From Longimicrobiales bacterium (GTDB taxonomy: Bacteria > Gemmatimonadota > Gemmatimonadetes > Longimicrobiales > Gaopeijiaceae), in assembly GCA_965197725.1 (NCBI GenBank), contig CBDANQ010000024.1:1-60623 (forward strand): a stretch of 60,623 nucleotides of DNA, given 5' to 3'. Shown in pieces: positions 19,529 through 28,626 of this stretch; the stretch's first letter is position 1, and each line of letters opens with the position of its first letter. Under the pieces are notes generated by a model. It saw only the letters and a program-made list of their open reading frames with translations. It was not told the DNA's origin and searched no databases. A program made the position numbers and the translations under genes.

Positions 19529-22401
19529 GCCGACGGGTAGTGACACGCCGAGCGCTGTGGCTGGCCGCGCTCGCGCTCGCGACCGCGTTCGGTCCGGCAG
19601 GCGCGCAGGAGCAGGTCGACTCGACGCGGCTCCGCATCAGGGAGCGCCTGGAGCGCCTCGCCCGCCCGGCTGGCTTCGACAGCGTGCTTTACGTTCAGGA
19701 TTCCCTACGCGCGGCAGCGGCGTTGGAAGGTCGCCGACCGGGAGTGGGCGCCACGGGGGACTCCGTGGCGGCGGCTTTGCTCCGCATGCCGGGCTTCGCT
19801 CTGACCGAGTACGACGCCGGCTCGGCGACCTTTGAAGCAGAGGACCGGGTCCTATTGTTGATCGCGCCAGAAGAGGGTCAGGCGACCGTTACGCGGGAGG
19901 GGCTCGCGGTCGCGGCCGACACCTCGATCCTGTTCGACGAGTCGTCGGGCGTCCTGCGCACGACGGGGAATGCGACCTTTACGCCGCCCGAGGGCGATCC
20001 GGTCGAGTCGGTCACCATGATCTACGACGTGAGCGAGGCCCGCGGCTCGGCCACCGGCGCGAAGACCACGTTTCAGGAGGGTGGAGCGAACTGGCAGGTA
20101 ACCGGGGACATGCCGTTTGCGGCCCCCGATTCGACCTTCATGTCCCACGCGCACTTCACTTCGTGCGAAATCGAGGAGCCTCACTACCACTTCGAAGCCA
20201 ACGAGATCAAGATCGTAGGCGGCAACGTGCTCGTCGCTCGCGGGGTGCGGCTCTATTTCGCGGACGTGCCCGTGTTCTGGCTACCCTTTGTGGCGCAGAG
20301 CCTCGCGCAGGGTCGGTCGTCGGGTCTGCTCACGCCCCGCTTCAGCGTGAACGATATCGTACGTACGTCCGGCGGGTACCGACGTCGAGTGAGCAATATG
20401 GGGTTCTATTGGGCGATGAGCGACTACTCCGACGCGCTCATGGCTCTGGACTGGTTCAGCGACAACTTCCTCAGCCTCACGAGCTCGGTTCGGTATCGCT
20501 TCAACCGTCAGTTCCTCGACGGAAGCCTGAACTTTCGCCGGTATTGGAGGCAGGACGGCTCCAGCGAGCTCGCGCTGGACACGGGGCACCAGTGGGAGTT
20601 CGACGAGCGCACCCAGATGCGCGTTTCGGGCCGATATGCATCGAGCAACGACTTCGTTCGTGAGAATTCGTTCAACCCGGCCGAGGTGACTCAGTCGATC
20701 GACTCGGAAGGCGGCATCAACCGCCGCTTCGCGTGGGGTTCGCTCGCACTGGGCGCCAACCGAAAGCAGTACCTCTCGGACGACCGCACGGAGTGGACGC
20801 TGCCTTCGGCGAACCTCTCCCTTTCCACGATCACGCTCTTCCAGGCTCCGCCGAACCGCGCTCGCTTCTACAACAACATGACGTGGTCCGGTAGCTCGAA
20901 CTTCTCGCGACGCACCTTGGAACGGATTCAGCCGGACACGTTCAGCTTCTCGCAAGCGAACACTGCCAATACGACGGGTTCGATCCGGAGCAGCTTGAGC
21001 CTCGGCAACCTGTCGATCTCGCAGAATCTCCAGATCCGCGAGGACGCCACGCTCGGCGTACCGGAAGCGTTGCTACTCGTCGGTGACTCGACGGCACCCA
21101 CGACCGTGTTGACCAGAGCGCCCGCGAGGGATATCGCGGAGAGCGACCTGACGTGGTCGTCCTCAATCGACTACCAGCAGCAGCTCATCGGCTCGACCAC
21201 AATCACGCCGCGGCTGACGTTGTCGGGTTCGATGTTCAAGGCTGACACCTCCTCGCTCGCGCCGAGCTTGGTGTCGGAGCCCTCCCGGATCGCGTTTGGG
21301 GCGACCCTGAAAACCGACCTCTATGGCATGAGCGGGGGATTTGGACCGTTCGAGGCGGTCCGCCACAAGTTCTCTCCCTCGATCCAGTATGAGTGGAGCC
21401 CGTCCACGACACCGACCGAGCTTCAGCAGCAGGTCTTCAGGTCACGCGCGCTCCAGCCCAAGAACGCGGTCTCGATCGCTCTGAATCAGACATGGGAAGC
21501 CAAGCGCAGACAGGAAGAGGGTGACTCGGCCGCCGCACCAGCCCCGCCCGGCACGCTCGACCCCACGACCGACTCCGGCGTGGATGCGGACGGCCCCCGT
21601 AGCGTCCAGTCGATCCCTCCGGTCACGCTGCTCGCTTTGCGCACCAGCGTGGTGCGTTACGACTTCGTGGAGGCCGACTCGATCGGCAGCTTCCTGTCAG
21701 GATTCCAAACAACACGGCTCTCCAATCAAATCTCATCGGACTACCTCCGCGGGCTCTCGGTCTCGGTGGACCACGAGCTGTTTGAGGACACCCAGGTCGA
21801 GGGCGAACTGCAGCGCGCATTCGCGCCCCACCTCTCGCAGGTGAATTTCTCGTTTTCGCTGGGCTCGAGCTCGTTGCTCTTCCGCTGGCTCAGGTCCCTG
21901 ACGGGAGACGGAGATATTGACGAACCCGTCGAAGAGCCGGAAGCCGTCGATCCGTTTTTGGGTACGGGTCCTACGGATGAGTCCTCGATCGTGCCGGGGC
22001 TCGGCCTCCAGACCGGACGCGAACCGGGCCGAACCGCTCCACGCTCACGTGGATCGGGAGGCGGATGGAATGCGAACCTTTCGTACTCGCTACAGCGTCC
22101 GCGCGGCGACGGGCTGCCAGCCCGCCAGATGCTGACGGGAACGGTCACGATGCGCCCGACTGAGAATTGGGATGTGAGCTGGAGGACCGCCTACGACCTC
22201 GAGCGCGGCGCGTTCAACGACCACACGATCCGGCTCAGCCGGGACCTCCACCGCTGGCAAGCGAACTTCGACTTCCTCCAGACCGCGACGGGGAACTGGG
22301 CGTTTCGGTTCGAAGTGTCTCTGTTGGACAACCGCGACTTGAAGTTCGACTACAAGCAGCGGAACCTGGACGCGGGGTTTCCTCGGAGCCGACGCCGCTA
22401 G
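19525..22401 (+). CDS. lptD: Putative LPS assembly protein LptD (large beta-barrel)
   Basis: FTSC..PHYHF, PVFWLPF, SSGLLTP, and terminal RDLHRWQANF..DLKFDY as in LptD-like proteins. Confidence 0.8.
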   Translation: MSRRVVTRRALWLAALALATAFGPAGAQEQVDSTRLRIRERLERLARPAGFDSVLYVQDSLRAAAALEGRRPGVGATGDSVAAALLRMPGFALTEYDAGSATFEAEDRVLLLIAPEEGQATVTREGLAVAADTSILFDESSGVLRTTGNATFTPPEGDPVESVTMIYDVSEARGSATGAKTTFQEGGANWQVTGDMPFAAPDSTFMSHAHFTSCEIEEPHYHFEANEIKIVGGNVLVARGVRLYFADVPVFWLPFVAQSLAQGRSSGLLTPRFSVNDIVRTSGGYRRRVSNMGFYWAMSDYSDALMALDWFSDNFLSLTSSVRYRFNRQFLDGSLNFRRYWRQDGSSELALDTGHQWEFDERTQMRVSGRYASSNDFVRENSFNPAEVTQSIDSEGGINRRFAWGSLALGANRKQYLSDDRTEWTLPSANLSLSTITLFQAPPNRARFYNNMTWSGSSNFSRRTLERIQPDTFSFSQANTANTTGSIRSSLSLGNLSISQNLQIREDATLGVPEALLLVGDSTAPTTVLTRAPARDIAESDLTWSSSIDYQQQLIGSTTITPRLTLSGSMFKADTSSLAPSLVSEPSRIAFGATLKTDLYGMSGGFGPFEAVRHKFSPSIQYEWSPSTTPTELQQQVFRSRALQPKNAVSIALNQTWEAKRRQEEGDSAAAPAPPGTLDPTTDSGVDADGPRSVQSIPPVTLLALRTSVVRYDFVEADSIGSFLSGFQTTRLSNQISSDYLRGLSVSVDHELFEDTQVEGELQRAFAPHLSQVNFSFSLGSSSLLFRWLRSLTGDGDIDEPVEEPEAVDPFLGTGPTDESSIVPGLGLQTGREPGRTAPRSRGSGGGWNANLSYSLQRPRGDGLPARQMLTGTVTMRPTENWDVSWRTAYDLERGAFNDHTIRLSRDLHRWQANFDFLQTATGNWAFRFEVSLLDNRDLKFDYKQRNLDAGFPRSRRR

Positions 22402-22824
22402 CGCTCTCGTGGTGATGTGGGGTGCCGTGACACACGCCGCTCTTCGCTCTGGGGATCGGTAGGGGGGCTCGGGTTCGGGGCCTCGTCCTGGTTCGTGGGG
22501 GTGCTGGTCCGCGGCTTCTACAACGCCGATCCGACGCCGCTGCGAGCGGTGTGTCTCGCGGCACGCCCAACTTGGTTGGCTTCGCGGCGATGGTTCCGCG
22601 GATTTTCTTGGCCTATTGGCGGGTGGGGTTTCGGGGCGTGTTGGGGGAGGCTTGTGTCTTGGGGGCTTGGGGGAGTGTCCTCGTAGGAGGACGTTCCCGC
22701 TTTGCTGGAATTGTTCTAAAGCGGTGTACGACAAAGGATTACGGTTTGGGCATGAGGAATGCATTCTGACTCCCCGACACTTGTGCGGGTGGGCTTCTGT
22801 GGGGACGGTGGGTCGCTGAGTCGA

Positions 22825-23967
22825 ATGGGAGAGGGGACGAGGAGTCGCGTGGCGGTGGGATCTCTGGTGATCGTGTTGGCCCTGGTGGGCTGCGACGATG
22901 ACTTCATAGTTGGTGTGGATGCGCCGGCGGCTCCCCGCGATGTCGAGGCGAGCTACTACGCCGGTGTGGTGACGGTGAGTTGGGGACTGGCCCCGGCGTG
23001 GAATGGGGAGGCCTTTCGCGTGTACTCCCGCCGCGTCAGCGACGCTGATTACTTCTTGATCGCCGAGGTGACGAGCTGCGCTTCCGGGCTCTGCTCGTAC
23101 GAGGACGCGAATGTGCTCGAGGGCCAGACCTACGAGTACTACGTTTCGGCGGTGGACTTCGATACCGGGATCGAGACGGCGAGCGACCATTCTGTCGAGG
23201 TCTCCGTGCCCACGGCGGTCGGTCCCCCGGCTCCCAATGCCTTCCGAGTGGTCGCGCTCGACAACGCCAACTATCTGGCGTGGGGCAACGGGTCGCGCGA
23301 GGGCGGGGATTTCTCGCATTACCAGGTCTATCTCGACGACGGGACGGGCACCGAGTTCTTGCTCGGTGAGACGGACTCTGAGGGCTTCCTGGACCTGCTC
23401 GCGGAGAACGGTGCGACGTACTCGTACTTCGTGACCGCCGTGGACACAGACGGTCACGAGAGTTCCGCAAGCCTGACCGCCCAGGGCACCCCCCGGCCAG
23501 ACTTCCACGGCGAGTGGTTGTACGACCACTTCGCTCAGCCCGCGCTCTCGGGGTTCCGTTTCTCGGAGGACGAGAACACGGACCCGATCGTGAGCGGTAC
23601 GTCGTTGGACCGGCACTTCCGGCTCGAGGTCGACGAGCAAGGGTGGTGGCTCGTTCCAGGCCCGCAGTCCGCGATCTATCCGGTGGGGTTCGAGACCACG
23701 TCTCTCAAGTGCGACGTGGCGGCCGACGCGGGATGCGTCGACGTGACGAGCGCGCCCACGACGGGGTACGCCGCCCTGGACATGCTACTCGAAGCGCAAA
23801 CGAGCTATGTGCTGAGAGTCATCGGCAACGACGGTGAGGCCCACTACGGTGTGATTCGCCCGGATCTGCTCGGCTACGACCAAGACGACAACGCGCTGAT
23901 GATCTTCGACTGGGCCTATCAGGTCCAGGCTGGGAACCCTGATCTGGTCGAGTCGGTGGGGCGGTGA
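22825..23967 (+). CDS. Lipoprotein with two fibronectin type III-like domains
   Basis: Lipobox LVGC. Two repeats of PAAP..SW..Y.VY..Y.YYVSAVD..G.E, then an uncharacterised C-terminal domain. Confidence 0.75.
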   Translation: MGEGTRSRVAVGSLVIVLALVGCDDDFIVGVDAPAAPRDVEASYYAGVVTVSWGLAPAWNGEAFRVYSRRVSDADYFLIAEVTSCASGLCSYEDANVLEGQTYEYYVSAVDFDTGIETASDHSVEVSVPTAVGPPAPNAFRVVALDNANYLAWGNGSREGGDFSHYQVYLDDGTGTEFLLGETDSEGFLDLLAENGATYSYFVTAVDTDGHESSASLTAQGTPRPDFHGEWLYDHFAQPALSGFRFSEDENTDPIVSGTSLDRHFRLEVDEQGWWLVPGPQSAIYPVGFETTSLKCDVAADAGCVDVTSAPTTGYAALDMLLEAQTSYVLRVIGNDGEAHYGVIRPDLLGYDQDDNALMIFDWAYQVQAGNPDLVESVGR

Positions 23968-23981
23968 TGTAGCTTAGCAGC

Positions 23982-24923
23982 ATGGTAAGAGTACTCGAGG
24001 CGGTGCCGAACTTCTCCGAGGGACGCGATCTTTCGAAGGTGCGCGCGCTCGTGGACACCATCGCGGCCACCGGAGTGGAGGTGCTCGACTGGTCGGCGGA
24101 TCCAGACCATCATCGCTCCGTGATCAGCTACATCGGGGACCCGGACCTCGTGGTTCGTGCGTCGATCACCGCGGCGGAGTTTGCGCGAGACCACATCGAT
24201 CTGCGCGAGCACCAGGGGGTTCACCCGCGCGTGGGGGCGCTCGACGTGATGCCGCTGGTTCCCCTGCACGGTGTCGATATGGTGGACGCCGTCAATGCCG
24301 CGCACCGTGTCGGGAGGGCGATCGCCGACCTCGGCGTTCCAGTCTTCTACTACGGATACGCTTCCGACTCTGTCGGTCGTGGCCTCGCCGAGCTGCGCCG
24401 AGGCGGGTTCGAAAGCCTCGCCGGTGGGTTCCCCAAGGACCGGCGTCCCCAAGTTCCAGCGTCAGCCGAACGCCCTCATGCGACCGCAGGGGTGACGTGC
24501 GTCGGCGCCAGGCGAGTCCTACTCGCATGGAATGTATTTCTGCGCGGCATCAGTAGTGATCAAGCCCGCGAAATCGCTTCGCAGATCCGTGAGCGAGACG
24601 GCGGATTCGCGGGATTGAGGGCTTTGGGACTCCATCTCGCATCGCAGGATCGCGTCCAGATCTCGATGAACCTCGAGGATCCTGCCGAGACGCCGCTGCT
24701 CGCTGTCTTCTCAGCCATCGAAAAGGCGGCACGCGCGCGGGGTGGGGATGTCGTTGAAACCCAAGTGATTGGTATGATTCCGGATGCCCTTGTGCTTCCG
24801 GCGGCGCAGAACAGATTACACATTCTTGACCTGGAACCAGCCCGCGTTTTGTCCCACCGTGTCAGGATGCACGTGCAAGGACGCCCGGACACCGGAACGC
24901 CGACTTCGGACGATGCGATATGA
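23982..24923 (+). CDS. ftcD: Glutamate formimidoyltransferase (FT domain only)
   Basis: EAVPNFSEGR, DPDHHRSV, HQGVHPRVGALDVMP, GARRVLLAWNV, QISMNL. Confidence 0.9.
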   Translation: MVRVLEAVPNFSEGRDLSKVRALVDTIAATGVEVLDWSADPDHHRSVISYIGDPDLVVRASITAAEFARDHIDLREHQGVHPRVGALDVMPLVPLHGVDMVDAVNAAHRVGRAIADLGVPVFYYGYASDSVGRGLAELRRGGFESLAGGFPKDRRPQVPASAERPHATAGVTCVGARRVLLAWNVFLRGISSDQAREIASQIRERDGGFAGLRALGLHLASQDRVQISMNLEDPAETPLLAVFSAIEKAARARGGDVVETQVIGMIPDALVLPAAQNRLHILDLEPARVLSHRVRMHVQGRPDTGTPTSDDAI

Positions 24924-26914
24924 GCATTGAGACGCTCAAAGAACAGGCGCGACGCCATGAGCAGAAGGAAGAGTGGCAGAAGGCTCTGGATCAGTACGGG
25001 CTGGCGATCACGAAGCTGGCCGAGGAGGAGCAGCCGGATATCGGCCTGTACAACCGCGTAGGGGACCTCTACGTCCGCGTCGGCAACCTTGACGCCGCGG
25101 TCGAGCACTACGAGCAGTCGGTCGACCTCTACATGGAGTCGTTCCTCCCCAACAACGCCATCGCGGTCTGTAAGAAGATCATTCGCAACGTGCCCGATCG
25201 GAACAATGCCTATCTGAAGATGGGCCAGATCCGCGCAGAACAGGGGTTCCTGCCGGACGCGCGCACGAATTTCCTCACGTATGCCGAGCGGATGCAGCAG
25301 GCGGGCAATCTAGACGAGTCGTTCCGGGCGCTCGTGGAGTTCTGCGACCTGGCTCCGGACGACGTCGACCTCCGGACGATGGTCGCGGACCAGATGGCGT
25401 CGCACGACCGAAAGGACGATGCCGTAGAGCAGCTGTCGAGCGCGTATCGCCACTTGATGGCCAAGGGTGCGGCCGACGAGGCGAGCGCCATCGAGGCCAA
25501 GATCCGCGAGCTCGACCCGAGCACCGACCCCGTTGGGATCCCCGCGATGACGAGTGCCGAGCCCGACGGCGATGGGCTGTCCGATGCGGACGATCTGATG
25601 GGGCACTTCTCGGACATCGCGACCGGTGACTCCGACCGTCAGGAGTCGGACAACGGTGCCGCGGAGGTCGACCTCGGCGGCTTCGACATCGACACCGATG
25701 ATGACGCCGAAGAACAAGGAGGGGGGGAACTCCCGGCGTTCGGCGTGAGTGACGACGCAGAGGACGAGGAGGGCAGCGAGCTTCCGACGTTCGACATGGG
25801 TGACGACGCCGGTGACGAGCCGGGAGCCGAGCTTCCGACGTTCGACATGGGCGACGACGCCGGCGACGAGCCGGGAGCCGAGCTTCCGACGTTCGACATG
25901 GGCGACGACGCCGGCGACGAGCCGGGAGCCGAGCTTCCGACGTTCGACATGGGCGACGACGCCGGCGACGAGCCGGGGGCCGAGCTTCCGACGTTCGACG
26001 TGAGCGATGAACCAGGCGACGCCGCCGACGCCCCGGAGGAGGCTGCATCCGAGTCAGAGCAGGCCGTTCAGGAGGCGATAGAGGATGCGGCCGCTGACGC
26101 GGCTGCTGATGAGGCGCTGACGATTGACGACGTCCGCGGGCGGATCGCCGAGAACCCGGGTGACGTTGCTCTTCGTCAGCGCCTGGTCGAGCTGGCATAC
26201 GGCACTGGTGAAGATGCGGTGCTCGCCGAGGCCTTCCTCGGTCTCGCTCGAACGCTCGACGAGGCCGGCGAGAAGGCCAGAGCTCAAGCCGCCTACCAGC
26301 AGGTGCTCGAAGCGGATCCGGGAAACGAAGTGGCCACCGCGGCGCTAGGCGACGCTCCGAGCTCACAACCTGTGCCCGAGGTTGCAGCGAGCGAGGACTA
26401 CATTGACCTGGGCTCGCTGATCCTCGGCGACGACGACGAAGAGAAGTCGACGCGATTCACGGTTGCGTACGAAGAGCCGTCGGGAGATGAACAGGCGGAC
26501 TTCGCCAAGATGCTCTCGCAGTTCAAGGACAAGGTTTCCGAGAACCTCGACACCGATGACGTTCAGGCTCACCACGATCTCGGCACGGCATACAAGGAGA
26601 TGGGTCTACTCGACGAGGCTGTCAGCGAATTCCAAGCTGCGCTTCGTGCCTCCGCAGACCACCTGCCCACGTACGAGCTGTTGGGCCTCACGTTCATGGA
26701 GATGGGTCAGCCCGAGGCGACCGTGAACTCGCTCGAACGCGCGCTCGAGATCGAGTACGACATCGAGGACGAATTGCTAGGCATCTACTACTACCTCGCG
26801 CGAGCGAATGAGGATTTGGGTAACGCGGAGAGGGCATTGGAGCTCTACGAAAAGGTGTTCTCCCTCGATATCAATTTCGCCGACGTGACCGAGCGGCTTC
26901 GCGACCTACGTTGA
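24920..26914 (+). CDS. Large TPR protein with acidic repeat linker (SgmX/FimV-like architecture)
   Basis: N-terminal TPRs, an acidic 17-aa repeat linker, and C-terminal TPRs AHHDLGTAYKEMGLLDEAVSEFQ. Confidence 0.85.
   Translation: MSIETLKEQARRHEQKEEWQKALDQYGLAITKLAEEEQPDIGLYNRVGDLYVRVGNLDAAVEHYEQSVDLYMESFLPNNAIAVCKKIIRNVPDRNNAYLKMGQIRAEQGFLPDARTNFLTYAERMQQAGNLDESFRALVEFCDLAPDDVDLRTMVADQMASHDRKDDAVEQLSSAYRHLMAKGAADEASAIEAKIRELDPSTDPVGIPAMTSAEPDGDGLSDADDLMGHFSDIATGDSDRQESDNGAAEVDLGGFDIDTDDDAEEQGGGELPAFGVSDDAEDEEGSELPTFDMGDDAGDEPGAELPTFDMGDDAGDEPGAELPTFDMGDDAGDEPGAELPTFDMGDDAGDEPGAELPTFDVSDEPGDAADAPEEAASESEQAVQEAIEDAAADAAADEALTIDDVRGRIAENPGDVALRQRLVELAYGTGEDAVLAEAFLGLARTLDEAGEKARAQAAYQQVLEADPGNEVATAALGDAPSSQPVPEVAASEDYIDLGSLILGDDDEEKSTRFTVAYEEPSGDEQADFAKMLSQFKDKVSENLDTDDVQAHHDLGTAYKEMGLLDEAVSEFQAALRASADHLPTYELLGLTFMEMGQPEATVNSLERALEIEYDIEDELLGIYYYLARANEDLGNAERALELYEKVFSLDINFADVTERLRDLR
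25778..26010 (+). repeat. 51-bp coding tandem repeat (ELPTFDMGDDAGDEPGA), 4 full copies plus 1 partial
   Basis: GAGCTTCCGACGTTCGAC starts at 25778, 25829, 25880, 25931 and 25982. A degenerate copy lies at 25727. Confidence 0.95.
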
Positions 26915-26921
26915 GCGCAGG

Positions 26922-27941
26922 ATGCAGCCCCCGACCGACACCAGAGTAGTTCAAGCGGTCCAGGGGGGTGCGTCAGCCCTCTCCTCGATCCAGGCGCCTG
27001 TGCGCTCGGAATTGGACCAAGTCGGCTCGGAGCTTCGCCGGATCGTGCTCTGTGAATTCGACATGATCGAAGAGGTCAACGAGCACCTCCTCTTCCTCCA
27101 GGGAAAGCTGTTCCGTCCCACGCTTCTCCTGCTTTCGAGTCGTGTCGTCGGAGAGCCCCGCGACGATTCCAGTACGCTCGCGGCGGTTGTGGAGCTCGTG
27201 CACCTCGCGACGCTGGTTCACGACGACGCGGTCGACCACTCCGTGCTCCGTCGCGGACTGCCCACCGTGAACGCCCTGTGGACTCATCAGGTCGCTATCA
27301 TCATGGGTGACTATCTGTATTCGCGCGCCGTCACGGAACTCGCCAAACTCGGCGACCTGGATGCGCTCGCGGTGTTGGCAGGGGCCGCCAACGAGATGTC
27401 GGTCGGCGAGATGCGGGAGCTCACCTCCTACGACGCGCTCGACTTCACCGAGCAGGACTACTACCGGCTCATCGCTGCGAAGACCGCGTCGCTCATGTCG
27501 GCTTCGTGTGAAATGGGCTCGCTCGCTGGCGAAGCGAAGTACAGGGAGCAGTTGGCGCGCTTCGGCCACAATCTCGGGATGGCGTTTCAGATCGCCGACG
27601 ACCTGCTCGACTACACTGGTTCCGAAGCCGTCACCGGTAAGCCGACGGGACAAGATCTTCGGGAGCACAAGGTTACGTTGCCGCTCGTCGGCGCGTTGGC
27701 GAGCGCCAGCGAGGCGGAAGAGCGCCAGATGCGATCCTTGTTCACTCGGGTCGCTCCCTCTGACGACGAGATCGGGCAGGTCATCGACATCGTCACGGAC
27801 AGGGGTGGACTCGAGTACGCCAAGCGCCGAGCCGACTACTACGCCGGTCTCGCCCGGGCGTCGCTGACGGGCCTCCCGGAAAGCCCCGCGGTGAATGCCC
27901 TATGCGACGCAGTGGCCTACGCGGTGGATCGTAGGCGATGA
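26922..27941 (+). CDS. ispB: Polyprenyl diphosphate synthase (IspB/HepT-like)
   Basis: GKLFRP, LVHDDAVD, AKTA, FQIADDLLD, GKPTGQDL. Confidence 0.9.
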   Translation: MQPPTDTRVVQAVQGGASALSSIQAPVRSELDQVGSELRRIVLCEFDMIEEVNEHLLFLQGKLFRPTLLLLSSRVVGEPRDDSSTLAAVVELVHLATLVHDDAVDHSVLRRGLPTVNALWTHQVAIIMGDYLYSRAVTELAKLGDLDALAVLAGAANEMSVGEMRELTSYDALDFTEQDYYRLIAAKTASLMSASCEMGSLAGEAKYREQLARFGHNLGMAFQIADDLLDYTGSEAVTGKPTGQDLREHKVTLPLVGALASASEAEERQMRSLFTRVAPSDDEIGQVIDIVTDRGGLEYAKRRADYYAGLARASLTGLPESPAVNALCDAVAYAVDRRR

Positions 27942-27950
27942 AGGACGGGT

Positions 27951-28229
27951 ATGCTTGTTGACACCCGACGACGTGGCCTCATCCGCCTCGCGTGGACTTG
28001 GGTGTTGGGCCTTACCCTTGGGGGGCTGCTCACGAAGCTTGCCGAGCTGTTCCTCCCAGAGAGCGCGGCGAGGGACTTTCTCGTGACGGCAGTCGATGCA
28101 TCGATAGGACCACTCTCGATCGATCTCGCGGTGGCGGCGTTCACGTTGGGCCCGATCTCCGTTACCCTGAACGTGTTGTCGCTGGTCGGGATCTCGATTG
28201 TTGCGCTGATCGTCCGCTCTTGGATCTGA
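27951..28229 (+). CDS. Small membrane protein, DUF4321-like
   Basis: Two hydrophobic segments with a P.SIDL..FTLG..LNVLSLVG pattern. Confidence 0.7.
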   Translation: MLVDTRRRGLIRLAWTWVLGLTLGGLLTKLAELFLPESAARDFLVTAVDASIGPLSIDLAVAAFTLGPISVTLNVLSLVGISIVALIVRSWI

Positions 28230-28302
28230 GAATCGGACGAGAACGGGGAAGCGGTTGCATGGCGAAAAACGCGGGTCACGAACCCTCTGGAGGACTTGAG
28301 AG

Positions 28303-28578
28303 ATGGGCTTAGGCGGATTCGGAATGTGGGAGATGATCTTCATCTTCCTGGTGATCTTGCTGCTGTTTGGAGCCAAGAAGCTTCCGGAGATCGGCTCGTC
28401 CCTCGGGAAGGGCATCCGGGAGTTCAAGAGCTCGGTGCGGGAGATCGAGCACGAGTTCAAGGCTCCCGACCGCCAGATTCACAGGTCGTCCCCTCCTCCC
28501 ACTCCTGCCGAGCAGGACGACGAAGACGAAAATGGAGAGGATGACGGCGAACCGCGGAGCCTGAGCGACCAGGACTGA
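28303..28578 (+). CDS. tatA: Twin-arginine translocase TatA
   Basis: LLLFGAKKLPEIGSSLGKGIREFK. Confidence 0.95.
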   Translation: MGLGGFGMWEMIFIFLVILLLFGAKKLPEIGSSLGKGIREFKSSVREIEHEFKAPDRQIHRSSPPPTPAEQDDEDENGEDDGEPRSLSDQD

Positions 28579-28626
28579 GGTCGACAGGCTGGCTACTATA
28601 GCAGACCGCGGGAGAAGTACAGCGGG

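Noticed and set aside
22402..22690. Adenine-specific mutagenesis by a diversity-generating retroelement
   Set aside because: No reverse transcriptase and no template/variable repeat pair differing only at adenines in the window.
25727..26010. 51-bp repeats as a CRISPR array
   Set aside because: The units are head-to-tail with no unique spacers, are in frame within a TPR gene, and there are no cas genes.
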